Source of the DNA: Felis catus
Lineage: Eukaryota
NCBI RefSeq assembly: GCF_018350175.1
Contig: NC_058368.1
Span: 75,270,001-75,334,000 of the forward strand
Reading direction: 5' to 3'
DNA length: 64,000 nucleotides
Positions 25,385 through 37,722 of the stretch are shown here, in pieces. The notes under the pieces are model-generated. The model did not search any database and was not told the DNA's origin. It saw nothing but the letters and a program-made list of their open reading frames with translations. Position 1 is the stretch's first letter; every line of letters begins with the position of its first letter. Position numbers and translations under genes: made by a program.

Positions 25385-25879
25385 TATACATTTCTTATAA
25401 ATATCTATTTATTATGTTTGTATATTGTTTTCAAAACAAACACAACTTTTGTGAAGTCGGCTCTAGTCTAGGGTTGCTCTGAAATTGGTGTCAAGTGTAG
25501 AGATCAACACGCTGGCCCAGCATAATGGAAACTTTTGCGTTGTTTAACCTAGTCCCACACAGAGCTTTTGACAAATAAATTAAAAACGCAAATAAATGCA
25601 TTACGTGACTAACGTGCTAACACGTAAAACGTATAAGGCAGCCGCCCTGTTGTCCCTCAAAGGACTGACGGTGTCATGATCACTGTCACTTGCTGTTATG
25701 GACAGTTTCCGTGGTGGCTAGAAAATGTATTTTTCTTCGGTGACGCACAGGTTGGAATAAGGTAGAAAGGGAAGAACACGAGCGGAGCAAAGCGGCGTAA
25801 GCTTATGAAAGGATCCTCCTGAAAAGTGTGTCTATGTGATTTGTCTTAAGCAGTGCGCCAAAGCTATCAGCCGGCTGCC

Positions 25880-26083
25880 ATGTTAGAGAGGTAACATGTT
25901 GGTGTTGGAGACAGATAGACCCGGTTTCTGTATCCAGGCCCATCAATTAAGGCGTGTGTGTCCTCAGGCAAATTAAGCTACCTCTCCGGGCTTCAGTTTT
26001 TTAATCTCTATATTCGCGAAAGTAATAGGTAGCTTTTATACGTATTTGATGAACATTTTATGAGATTGGGGATGCAAAGTACA
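25880..26083 (+). mobile_element. MIR
   Basis: ttggagacagatagacccggttt...tgtgtgtcctcaggcaaattaagctacctctccgggcttcagttt core. Confidence 0.75.
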
Positions 26084-26301
26084 AAGTAAGAGCAGCCGTA
26101 TTCACTTTCACTTGAAGAACCCAGTTTGAGAACACATGCATATGCAAGAGAGGGTATGGAATCTTTTGGGAAAACTGGCCTCATTCAACATTGCGTCATT
26201 TTATTTTATATCCTAAGAATCTCCCCCAGCAACCATTGCAATTATGGCTAAATTAACAGGCAGCGGAGACTGAAGAAAAAGCTCTGACAGTTTTGTTCAT
26301 T

Positions 26302-26505
26302 GTTAAGCATCCTACTCTTGATCTCGGCTCAGGTCATGATCTCACGATTCATGAGATCGAGCCCCGCCTCGGGCTCTGTGCTGACAGTATGGAGCCTGCT
26401 TGGGATTCTCTCTCTCCCTCTCTCTGGCCCTACCCCACTTGTGCACAAGCACTTGCACACTCACTCTCTCAAAATAAGTAAATAAAATTTTAAATGAATA
26501 AATAA
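26302..26505 (+). mobile_element. CanSINE lacking its 5' head
   Basis: Starts at gttaagcatcctactcttgatctcggctcagg; CT tract and tail present. Confidence 0.92.
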
Positions 26506-26738
26506 AGTGTAAGGTGTAGTCTTACAGCTCGCCTTTTCCACACGAGAAGATCTTAAATTGAGCTAAGATACGTGAGGTACATTGTCTTCGCGTCGGTAAT
26601 TCATCCAGCAATAAGGCTACGGAAGGTACCTCACTAGCTTCAGGAAGAATGGGATGGGTCGTTACTGACCCTGTAAGCCTATTACTCCCTAATTCCTGGC
26701 CCTTAAAAAATGCAAATAAATAGAAATGTAAATACAGT

Positions 26739-26767
26739 GATAGATAGATAGATAGATAGATAGATAG
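26739..26767. repeat. (GATA)n microsatellite
   Basis: Direct reading. Confidence 0.95.
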
Positions 26768-26955
26768 GGATAATAGACTTGGCTACCTGGACAGGCATTT
26801 ATTATCAAGAAGCTGTTAGTTTATGATCAAGTCAACAAATAACCTGAAGCTATTTTTTTTCATTTATGCCCATAAACAAAAACACTAATATATTAACACA
26901 ATTTAAAACTTGGTAGTAGAAATGCCAGCAAGACAAGATATATTCTAATTTCTCT

Positions 26956-27196
26956 TTAATTTTTTAATGTTAATTTATTCTTGAGAGAGAGAGAGCAAGA
27001 GAGAGAGAGAGCAAGAGAGAGAGAGAGAGCATGAGCAGGGGAGGGGCAGAGAGAGAGGGAGACACAGAATCCGAAGCAGGCTCTAGGCTCTGAGCTATCA
27101 GCACAGATCCTGACATGGGGCTCGAACTCACGAATCACGAGATCATGACCTGAGCCGAAATTTGATGCTTAACTGACTGAGCCACCCAGGTTCCCC
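26956..27196 (-). mobile_element. CanSINE
   Basis: TSD tctaatttctct / tctaatttgtct. Confidence 0.95.
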
Positions 27197-27383
27197 TCTA
27201 ATTTGTCTATCTTATTTACTTGCTCTGGGATTTGAGCAAATCCACTCTATCACTTTGTAGTTAATTCATGAAGTTGGATTTTTCTCATTTGCTAAATTGG
27301 AAATTTTCGCCATTCTTAAAATAATAGAAGATGCATGAAAACTGTATAAGGTGATTTGATTTTTACATTAGAAAACCTCCATC

Positions 27384-27615
27384 GGGGCATCTGGGTGGCT
27401 CGTCTGTTAAACATCTGACTTTTGATTTTTGACTCAGGTCATGATCTCACGGTTTGTGAATTTGAGCCCCGTCGGGCTCTGTGTTGACAGTGCGGGGTCT
27501 CCTTGGGATTGTCTCTCCCTCCCTCTCTCTCTGCCTCTCCCCTTCACACACAGTCTCTCTCTGTCTCAAAATAAAGAAACTTAAAAAAACATAAATAAAA
27601 AAAATGTACTTTCTT
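27384..27615 (+). mobile_element. CanSINE (older)
   Basis: TSD TTAGAAAACCTCCAT (27368-27382, 27616-27630). Confidence 0.93.
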
Positions 27616-27743
27616 TTAGAAAACCTCCATAAACCTGTTATCATTTCCAAATGGAATTAAAAAAAGAATACATTCACATACATCCAATCGATCCTGCTGG
27701 AGCTTTACTTTACAGGCAAAATGATCTGAATCAAGAAAATGCT

Positions 27744-27977
27744 GGGGCGCCTGGGTGGCGCAGTCGGTTAAGCGTCCGACTTCAGCCAGGTCACGATCTC
27801 GCGGTCCGGGAGTTCGAGCCCCGCGTCGGGCTCTGGGCTGATGGCTCAGAGCCTGGAGCCTGTTTCCGATTCTGTGTCTCCCTCTCTCTCTGCCCCTCCC
27901 CCGTTCATGCTCTCTCTCTGTCCCAAAAATAAATAAACGTTGAAAAAAAAATTTAAAAAAAATAAAAAAAAAAGAAA
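27744..27977 (+). mobile_element. Young felid CanSINE
   Basis: Young-subfamily head with intact CpGs; TSD aagaaaatg. Confidence 0.97.
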
Positions 27978-30900
27978 AAGAAAATGTCACACTAAATATT
28001 CTTGATTCTTAATTTCATGGATCTAAGTTAAGGATTTTTTTTTTTTTTTTAGAAAAGTTATCAAAGCTGATGTCTCAGACTTTAGGCTGTCGAGTTTCGT
28101 TTAGTTGAGAAAACAAAACAGTGGAAGATAGAATCTGTCTACCAAATAGTGCAATAAAAGTCCTGCGGCTTCATAAGAAACAAAGACTCTTGAGGTATGT
28201 AGTATAAAATGTAGAGGTAAATTATGAGACCGGTAACGTAAGCATTGCTTCCGGACGCTGTAGAACTTCTAGGGCATTTTTCTTCCCTTTTCATTCTCAT
28301 AAACACGAAAAAAAATCCTTCACTGAGTAAAAATTCAAGACGTTGTCGAATACTTGCTTTTAAACATTCGCTTGCAAGTTTGGAAAATGCGTCTTGTAGA
28401 TGTCATATGCTTGGTTATCAGGGAAGCGGTGTAATTGCCGAGAAGTCTAATAATTTAAAAGGCCATGCCCTCTAGTCCAGCGAATGCCATGTATCTGCAG
28501 AAAGTGCTGGCAAGTTAGTGAAAAAACCAGAAATCCGTACTACGCTCTGGAGGAGAGACTGTGCCAGTTAGTGAAAGTCAATGTTATTTAGCAACGACAG
28601 ACGTGTGATTTGATAACCCATCTTTTGAATGTTGCTTTTTAATGAATCAACATTTGTGGGAAACATTGGAAGGGTATATTGCAATATCCAGATAGTAATT
28701 ATAAGATGCAGCCCGCGAGAATGTGATTTCTATGAACTGGGTGCCCCAGCCTGAAATTTATAAAGGCAACTCTTACGGACTTTAACTGTAATGGTTGCCC
28801 TTTTGAAACAAACCTGATGGGGGGGCGGGGAGGGGCAGCATTTCAAGTGACATTTCAAGTGACATTGTATCCAAATGTTACCCCACAACAACGCGAAACA
28901 CCTTACTTTTCCTTACTTCTTCACCACGGCCAATCTCATGCAACCCGAGTGTTGCCAAAAGTGGGGCAACACTCCACTTCTGCACAATCCCTGGTAAGTT
29001 TCTTTATTTCACAGTTTACTTTCGCCTCACGTTGGAGCCTCGTCTTCCTCCATGTTTAGCCCATACCTCACCCACTGTGCCATCTGGAAATATTATTAGA
29101 TGAGTAACAATTACATTTCTGCTGAAAGACAAAGGATTATCTGAAATATTATTTGATGATGCATCATCCTACAGGATATAATACTCCAACTGTCACATAC
29201 TAGATCACCCCAGCCCCAACTATCAGATAGCACCCGCCTGGGCCCCTCCATCAAGTTCTGATTACTGTCAACGAGAGGTTAGCAATTGAGCAGGAGGAAA
29301 ATTTACGGAATAATGGCAACTGACATGTCTCCACAGCTGGCAAAGACATGCAACACATGAAAAGGTAGCACATAATATAACTTTCATTTCTCAGCAAAGA
29401 CGCACACTCGACTGTGGGACATTTCAACAACTGCTGAGGACTTCTGTTAGATTCCCCTTTTTCTCCTAAAATGCAATTAAATGCAGGAAGGCTGTGCTAT
29501 AACTTATACCAATACTTCTGTCCATTCAATGAACACTTCCTAGCTATTCACACCGGATTGAAATTTTCCCCCCGGACAAAAAGCCGTTAGTTGCACCCGG
29601 TCTGAGCTTTCGTGTTGAGGGATAAAAATCTCTTTACCAAAACCCCTCCGTTCAATCCCCCAACTTCCTCTGTCTCCTGTTCCGCCTCCTACCAAGGGCT
29701 GTTTTTGCTTAAGAGCGAGCTAAACAAAACACAGTCTTTTGTTTCCCGCCCCAAATGGGGAATTACTGCCTGCTGGATGCTTGCTGCTTTCCAATCATGT
29801 TCTGTTAAGAAGCATGGATTCTGCCTTCCACTGTGTACCTAAAACCTAAATCCGTCCCTGGCAACAGGATGGGGCAGGATTGAAGAGTCTAGTCTTTCTT
29901 TATTGAAGATCGTCCACTCTTCCTTTCCCTTTTCCATCGTGAAAAAGATGAATCAGAATTAGCTGGTGCAAAATATAAGAAATGCCCCTAACCTTACTTC
30001 TAGAGAATGTCTCCTGGCTATGCACACTTAAGCTTCACGCAGACCTTTAATGCCAACTCTCCGTATCTGGAGTGACTTCACAGGTGACCAACTATTGCCT
30101 GGAGGATGCATCTGTGACCAGCATTGTATTTTTGTAATTATTTCCAAATTCGCAACACGGACGGTTTAAAAGTTTTCGCGGAAAATTAGTTAGAATGCAT
30201 TGGATGGACTAGGATGCTAACTTATCAAGTACTTCAAAGCACTCATGTCCTGTGTGCTGAACATTTGGCAGAGGGACTTTCAGCCAACTGTCCCTGGAAA
30301 CTTATCATTTACAACACACGGCAGTCCAACGTGAATGTGTAGATACTGAGCTCGGATTCCCAGCTCAGCCAACTTTGATACGTTTTGAGATGCATAATGA
30401 ACACAGAGATATTTACTAATTGTAGCATACCATTTGGGAAGAAAAATGAAGATTTTTGCCAAAGCGTTCGGGAAAACGAGTCGCAAATTTAATAGTCTGG
30501 CAGGCTTTGTACACACTGCAATATTCTGCACTGGGTAGGTGTGCAAGAAATGTTGGCAGGCTGCATTCATAAAGTAGGACAATAGTTTCAATATTTTAAA
30601 CATGGTTTATATCAAAGCCTTAAATATAAAACTTAATGTTAGGAAGCACTGGTTAAGGTTCTAAATATGCTATTAATATAGGTCATCGTTTTTGCAAGGG
30701 ATTTTATGCTCTTTAAGAAAAAAAAGAAAGAAAGGAAAAAAAAAAAGCCAGACCTCTACCTCAAAGAGGTGCTTCAAACACTGACAGCGTTACTGAGAGC
30801 ATTTATGACAAAAGGCTTTGATCTCCCTGTACATCCAGTAAATACAAAACATTCCCAGGTTTGAAGGATGTGCCTACCTGCACATAATATGACTTTCACA

Positions 30901-31632
30901 AATGTTTCAAACTGCGTTTTGAGAGTTATTGATTTGGTAAAGCTCCAAACACATTTCTCCTAGTAAATGTCTAACACCCACCCTCTGAGCTTCAAAGTCT
31001 GACGAGTCTGCGTATTACAGGGGGCCGGGCGTGCAAAATTTGACTCTGCGTCACAGACATATTGCTTTGTGCTTCAGATGATGAAAATACAATGCAAATA
31101 GCTATAAAAATGAATGAAAGCATCTGGCAACGTTGATATACACACCTCGTTAGAGGCGAGCTTTGCATAGGAAGGCTGAAATTGGGTTGGATATACAATC
31201 GGAAAGGCACTGTAAGCTGGAAAACACCTTCGCATTGTTTTCAGCTCCGGTCTGGCTGCGTGTTTTTCACAGGTATGGGATGAAGTTTGGAGGACGTATC
31301 TTAGAACATCGTTTTACTGCTTTCATTTACATACCTACCGGTAATATTTTAATAACGAAGTACCCTTAACTGTTTAGAACAGTGAAATAAAACATTGGAA
31401 ACACAGGTCAGGTGGAACCAACATACCAACAAGTGAACATTTGTTTATAATAAACTTTATTTTTATGGATTCAAAGCTGTAAACCTTAGAGTCTCTAGGT
31501 GGTTATTTCCAAATTGTGTTGGATGTAGCTCTTGGCTTTCACTGAGGGTTTCTGGGGCCTCCACGAGGGAGAGCAAAAAAAGGGAGCATGCCTAGTGGGG
31601 CTCCGTGCAAAATTTTGCTTAAAACGTTATTT

Positions 31633-31884
31633 ATTTATGTATTTGTTTATTTATATTTGTTATGTTTATTTATTTGAATTGAGAGAGACAGAGAGGAAGA
31701 GAGAGAGAGAGAGGATGAAAGCAGGGGAGGGGCAAAGAGAGAGGGAGAGAGAGAGGATCCCAAGCAGGCTCCATACTGTCCACGCAGAAGCCGATGCAGG
31801 GCTCGAACTCACGAACTGTGAGATCGTGACCCGAGCTGCAATCAAAGAGTCAGAGGCTTAACCCACCGAGCCACCAAGGCACCC
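31633..31884 (-). mobile_element. CanSINE (older)
   Basis: Reverse head aggcaccc, GA tract, (TTTA)n tail. Confidence 0.93.
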
Positions 31885-32448
31885 TGCCTAAAAACCTATT
31901 TTAATTAAAAAAGAGATTTCAACACGGGAAAAGCTGATTCAAAACAAAATTCTTTTTTGTAGAGTTGGAAAATGCCAGCCCTTTCGGGTGAGCCACAACA
32001 ATCTGTTCGTGGCTTAATCGTGTTTGTTTATTGGCATTTTTTTTAACCTTTTAATTACCAGATACAGTTCTGACGGTTTTGGAACTTTGAGGCTTTAAAT
32101 AATGGTAGCATTCCCACTGACACATCAGGGCACATCAGTCTGTGAAATGACGCAACACTGACTTATTTGTTACTAGGAACCTGCATGAAATCATGGCGGT
32201 GCTGTGTGTTTGATCTGCTGTCTCAGTCACAATTTCAGACAGTGCCTCACCTTTGGCAGATGCTTACAGATTAACTAGAAATTGGGAAAAGCGACAGGTA
32301 AATGTATAGCAATTATAAAACATTCTAAGGATCCTGATAGTGGTGTCCACAGAAAGGGGAACAGGAAACAAAGTGGGAGAAGTGACGCCTTAGGGCAGGT
32401 TGGATGGGATGGGGTGTATGAAGAGCTTTGAGCAGAAACAGGCTTCGA

Positions 32449-32569
32449 GAGGTGCCTGGGTGACTCAGTTGGTTGAATATAGGACTCGGTTTTGGCTCAG
32501 GTCGTGATATCAGGGTTGTGGGATTGAGCCCCACCTTGGGCTCCAAGTTGAGCATGGGGTCTGCTTAAG

Positions 32570-32616
<47 letters not shown>

Positions 32617-32901
32617 CTCAGGGCGCCTGGGTGTTTCAGTCAGTTAAGCATCAAAGTCTTGGTTTTGGCTCAGGTCGTGGTCTCCATGTTCGTGAGTTTG
32701 AGCCCAACATTGGGCACCACACTGATGGTACAGAGCTTGCTTGAGCCTCTCTCCCTCCCTCTCTCTCTGCCCTTCTCCCTCGCATGCTTGCTCTCCCACT
32801 CTCAAAATAAGTAAATAAACTTAAAACATTTCTAAATTGTCTCTCTTCCCCCTGCCTCTCCCCCACTTGTAGTCCCCCCACGAAAAAGAAAGAAAGAAGG
32901 A

Positions 32902-32941
<40 letters not shown>

Positions 32942-32952
32942 GGAAAAAAAAA
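32449..32952 (+). mobile_element. Old CanSINE split by a second SINE; (CT)n and (GAAA)n expansions
   Basis: Head 32449-32570, (CT)n to 32612, remainder 32839-32880, (GAAA)n tail 32883-32952. Confidence 0.8.
32621..32835 (+). mobile_element. CanSINE nested in the CT tract of the previous SINE
   Basis: gggcgcctgggtg head directly after (CT)n; has its own tail. Confidence 0.9.
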
Positions 32953-33017
32953 GCTGTTTGATCTGACTGTTGGGTGAGAAACCCTCTCCAGGGAGCCAAT
33001 GGTTGGAAATGTGGAGA

Positions 33018-33243
33018 GGGAGTGCCTGGGTGGCTCAGTGAGTTCAGCATCTGACTGGCTCAGGCCGATCTCGTGGTCTGTGAGTTCCAGCCCCGCATCG
33101 GGCTCTGTGCTGACAGCTCAGAGCCTGGAGCTTGCCTCGGAATCTATGTCTCCTTCCTTCTCTGCCCCTCCCCTGCTCTCGTTCTGTCTCTCTCTGTCTC
33201 TCAAAAATGAACAAAAGTGTTTAAAAAAAAAAAAAGAAAGAAA
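33018..33243 (+). mobile_element. CanSINE
   Basis: Head, CT tract, A tail; flanking gtggagagg repeat. Confidence 0.94.
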
Positions 33244-34204
33244 AAGGTGGAGAGGACTCAGAATAGCTCCAGGAGTCAAAGCCCAGGACACAGTATTTGT
33301 AAATTTCCTTGCGCTGAATCGGGTCCCCGCAGGAGCACAAGGTGAAGAGAGGTAAGAAACAGGCACCCACCTCCCTGGGAAACAACTTGGTTTCTGCAGC
33401 GTCAGCTCCACGCTGCCCCCTTTGCCGTTACTTGCACGCCAGCGGCTAGGGCATCTAGAATGACATAGCCATGGTTTTTGTAACCAAATACTTTGGGGAT
33501 CGCTGGGTGGAGCTTGGAGTAAAGGCTTGCTTAATGTTGCACTTTGTAGCATGTGACGCCTTCAGAGGAATGCATATTATAGCAGGGCGGATAAGAAGCT
33601 TTATATATTTTTTTTTAATAATTCAAGAAGACGTGTCTGCTCATAAAAAGAGCTGCCAGGTCCGACAGGAAGGAGGCACTGGTTAGAGATGGGTATGGGC
33701 TACAGCTGCGGGAGAGGCTGTGTTACAGCCCGGAAGGGGGTCCAGATCGCAGAAATCAGGCAGGGATGCAACCGCTTTGCAGCAAAAGAGCACAGAGAAG
33801 CCATACGCGTTGAAAAGAGCCGCAATTTTATTCAGACAGGCCAAGAAAACAGAAAGGATTAGTATGACAGGGTCAGGTTTTTTAACGTGTCTGGTGGCAC
33901 TCTTAAGCTAACATTATTGTGAGTTGGTATATGAACCACAGCAGGAGAAGTCACTAATCCAGAGACACGGTATCTCACGGAATTAAGCTGAATTACCAAG
34001 CATTTCCTTCCTAGAGCCCTGCTTGGCCTTTTGTCTACCTCTCCCTAATCTCTTCCTGAGCACATATATTTGTTTTTCCTTTCTTGGATTATTTCTGCTC
34101 AACGTGTCACGGCCCCCACTGAACGTTCTGGAATTTCCCTACTTCATCTTGGGCTTTTCTGTCTTGCATCACATACCGGTTTCAATATCCACCTGCTGAT
34201 TTTT

Positions 34205-34428
34205 ATTATTTTATTATTTTATTATTTTTTTTAAATTTTGGGGAGCGAGACAGAGACAGAGCGTGAGCAGGAGAGGGTCAGAGAAAGAGGGACACACCGA
34301 TTCCGAAGCAGGCTCCAGGCTCGGCGCTGTGAGCACAGAGCCAGACGCGGGGCTTGAACCCACGAACCGTGAGACCATGACCCGAGCCAAAGCTGGATGC
34401 TCGAGCAACTGAGCCACCCAGATACCTC
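34205..34428 (-). mobile_element. CanSINE
   Basis: Reverse SINE body; degenerate TSD ending ctgattttt. Confidence 0.94.
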
Positions 34429-34814
34429 TCATCTACTGATTTTTCTTAGCACCCCTTCTCGACCTGATTCTGTGCCTCGGTGGTTTCAGATTTGCTATAT
34501 CTCGGGATCGTGGGAGATGAGAACCTGAATAAATGAGAGAAGCTACGGATGGGACCTACCATCCAGGGTGTTCCTGGAATAAGGCAGGGCCAACGGACTC
34601 AGGTCTTGCTTGGTCTTAATTGCGGAATGCTTCTATTTCCCTGGTTTTGCAGGGGCCTTAATTCTACCTTTCATGTTGTAAAGTTGCAGAACGATTATAT
34701 TTAGCTATAGCTTTAATTCACTACTTACACATTTGCCTTTATAGTCGGATTGCCTTGCAACAAATATAAATGTGAGTTAAAGGATGATGTCATCTATCAC
34801 ACTTAGACAGAGGA

Positions 34815-35195
34815 ATTTTCTGTAATGGTAACCTCATGACTTGTCCTTGGTAAGTTTGGACATGCTTGGGACCATCACTTCTTGCTTCTTCCCTGCTTCT
34901 ACCGTTAAAATGGAGGTTCCCATCCCATGCCTGCCCCACCATTGTCTTTTGGAGACACAAAAGTTTCCAAAACTTTTGCGTTTCCAAGACTAGGAGTTTT
35001 GCAAGCTCATAGCTGGGGAGGAATTTCGTCTCAAGATTCCCTGTGCCTTGATTCTTACCCACGTCTGATGTAGATGACTTTTAGATGAGACTTGGAGAGC
35101 TGATGTTGGAATGAGTAAAGACTTTGTGGATGTTGCGATGGAATGGGAGTATTTTGCATATAAGAAGGCCGTGAAGTTTGAGGGTTGGGGAGGCA
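34815..35195 (+). mobile_element. MaLR internal (MLT1-int) 3' end with polypurine tract
   Basis: cccatgcctgccccaccattgt, tgatgttggaatgagtaaagacttt, then gagggttggggaggca abutting the LTR. Confidence 0.7.
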
Positions 35196-35709
35196 TACTA
35201 TCGACTGAATTGTGTTTCTTCAAAATTCATGTTGGAGCCCTAACCCTCAGTGTGAATTTATGGGAAGACAAGGCAGAGGAGGTGACAAAGCTTAAATAAG
35301 GTCCTACAGGCGGAGGCTTCATCCAACAAGGCTGGTGCCCTGATTAGAAAAGGAAGAGAAGGGGCACCTGGGTGGCTCAGTCAGTTAAGCATCCAACTTT
35401 GGCTCAGGTCATGATCTCAAGGCTCGTGGGTTCAAGCCCCACATTGGGCTCTGTGCTGGCAGCTAGAGCCTGGAGCCTGCTTTGGATTCTGTGACTCCTT
35501 CTCTCTCTGTCTCTCTCTCAAAAATGAATAAATATTAAAAAATATTTTCAAAAATAAAAAAAAAAGGAAGAGACACCAGAACTCTCTCTGTCTCCCTCTC
35601 TCCATGGAAGGACACAGCAAGAAGGTGGCCATCTACAAACCAGGAAAAGAGCTCTTACCTGGAACCAACTGGTCAGGGCCTTGCTTTTGGGCTCCTTGAC
35701 TCCAGAACT
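35196..35709 (+). mobile_element. MaLR LTR MLT1A-like (3'-truncated, SINE-interrupted)
   Basis: gactgaattgtg...caaaattcatgttggagccctaacc; ggacacagcaagaaggtggccatctacaaaccagg; ctccagaact. Confidence 0.88.
35361..35561 (+). mobile_element. CanSINE inside MLT1A
   Basis: TSD AAAAGGAAGAGA (35348-35359, 35562-35573). Confidence 0.95.
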
Positions 35710-36843
35710 TAATGCAACCGTCATCATTTTATGTACCTTACACCCTGAACTTCTCAGACCTTTTTGACACCCATGCTCTTTAATATTTTGCTCTGCACTC
35801 TGCTCAGTACGTACAATGTTTCCCTTCCTGGAAACCTGTGCACCCTTCATTGGCAATTCAAATATCTCTATTACAAAGATAGTATTAACTGGTAACATAT
35901 GTATTAGTCAGTCAATAAACTAGTTATTCGTTTTCTTTACTCACTGGACATGTATTATCTGCCTTCTACACATCAGCTGCTGAGACAGACATTTTCTCTT
36001 CGGCCCTCCCAGCAGCCCATCAAGAAATGTGTGGTAGTGAGAACAGACACAAACCTATTCGCACATAAAAGGTGATGGTCTGGTGAGAAAATAAATTTTT
36101 ATCCCCCCTTCTCTCCCCTTTTCTATTTATGAAGCGAGGGGAAGGGAGAAGAAGAAAGAGGCTAACATCTCTCAGTTCTATCCAGGCCTCCCGACTGCTC
36201 AGCGTGAAGTCCGTGGATCTCTCTTCGTGGAAAGCCAGGCCCAAATGGGATGTCAAATTGTTCTGCACCATAAAATGCAGGGAATGCAGTTGCTTGGAAA
36301 GATTTAAAGGGAAATAACCTAGGAGGAGAATGAAAAGCTGAGGGATTTGGGGGCGATTTGAGAAAGGCGGGGTGGGATTCAAATAACAGTGCTTAGGACT
36401 CTGGAGCCTGCAAAGAAATGTGACAGGTGAGGAATTCATAGAGGTGTTCAGGAAAGGAGTGCATGGTGCCATAAAAGAGTGCATGATGAACACTTTTGGG
36501 GTTTTCTTGTGTTGTTGTCATGTTAACCCTGAAATCACCTCAAATACGATACGAGTGGTTTATACAGAAACCAACAAATATGAGCTTTTTCCTTCTGTAG
36601 ATTAGCACAAGGCAGGAAATTGAAAAGTGTGTCCATTACCTAGGTCCCACATGACGTTTTCATGGAGACGTAGGTGATAGAAGTTCGTGGAATCTGGACA
36701 CTGAAGCCAGAAGCAAATCATTGTTCATGGAACCCCAGGGTTCTCCTTACGAGGAATCACAGTCTGGGTGTCCACAGCAACAGAGATTTACTTTCTTTAC
36801 ACCGTTTGCCCTCTGAGGGTATCTGTGTGTCATTCCTTCTTTT

Positions 36844-37058
36844 TTTTTTTATTTGTATTTAAAATTTTTTTCATGTTTATATATTTTTGACAGGGGGTGG
36901 GAGAGGCAGAAAGAGAGAGGGAGACACAGAATCTGAAGCAGGCTGCAGGCTCTGAGCTGTCTGCACAGAGCCGGATGAAGGGTTCCTACCCATGAACCGT
37001 GAGATCATGATCTGAGCCGAAGTCGGACACTGAGCAGACTGAGCCACCCAGGTGACCC
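36844..37058 (-). mobile_element. CanSINE
   Basis: 16-bp TSD with 2 mismatches (36828-36843, 37060-37075). Confidence 0.94.
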
Positions 37059-37090
37059 ATGTCATTACCTCTTTTAAAAGGACACCGATC

Positions 37091-37312
37091 GGGGCGCCTG
37101 GGTGGCGCAGTCGGTTAAGCGTCCGACTTCAGCCAGGTCACGATCTCGCCGTCCGTGAGTTCGAGCCCCGCGTCGGGCTCTGGGCTCAGAGCCTGGAGCT
37201 TGTTTTCGATTCTGTGTCTCCCTCTCTCTCTGCCCCTCACCTGTTCATGCTCTGTCTCTCTCTCTGTCCCAAAAATAAATAAACGTTGAAAAAAAAATTA
37301 AAAAAAAAAAAA
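37091..37312 (+). mobile_element. Young felid CanSINE
   Basis: 15-bp TSD aaaaggaca(c/g)cgatc (37076-37090, 37313-37327). Confidence 0.97.
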
Positions 37313-37609
37313 AAAAGGACAGCGATCATATTGGATTCAGGCCCATCCAAATGGCTTCATTCTTGTCTTAATTATCTGTTTGAGGATCGTATCTCCATCT
37401 ACGGTCACATGTTTAGATACTGGGGGTTCAGGTCAACATATGAATGGGGAGGGTACACAATTCAGCCCAGAAGAGGGATTCACAGAAATTTTGAGATTCA
37501 TACTGCCCTTTGTCTAGGAGGTAAGATAGGAATAATGAACCCGTGTTTTTAATCGCACAAGATAAAGCAGCTCAGCAATAACTAGGCTTCATAACCAATT
37601 CAAAGATTT

Positions 37610-37722
37610 ATAAAATTGACTCAGAGATATTAACCAACTACCCTCAGACCCACAGCTTTCCTGTGGCAAATCATAGATTCAAACCCATGGGATTGCGAAG
37701 ACCATAACCTTTCAATCCATCA
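37610..37722 (-). mobile_element. MIR fragment
   Basis: aaattgactcagagatattaaccaactaccctcagacccacagct...gattcaaaccca. Confidence 0.65.

Larger units (their letters stand above)
36735..37474 (-). mobile_element. MaLR LTR (MLT1B/C-like) interrupted by two SINEs
   Basis: aaggacaccgatc|atattggattcaggccca...ggtcacatg...tactgggggtt...caacatatgaat...acacaattcagccc. Confidence 0.8.
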
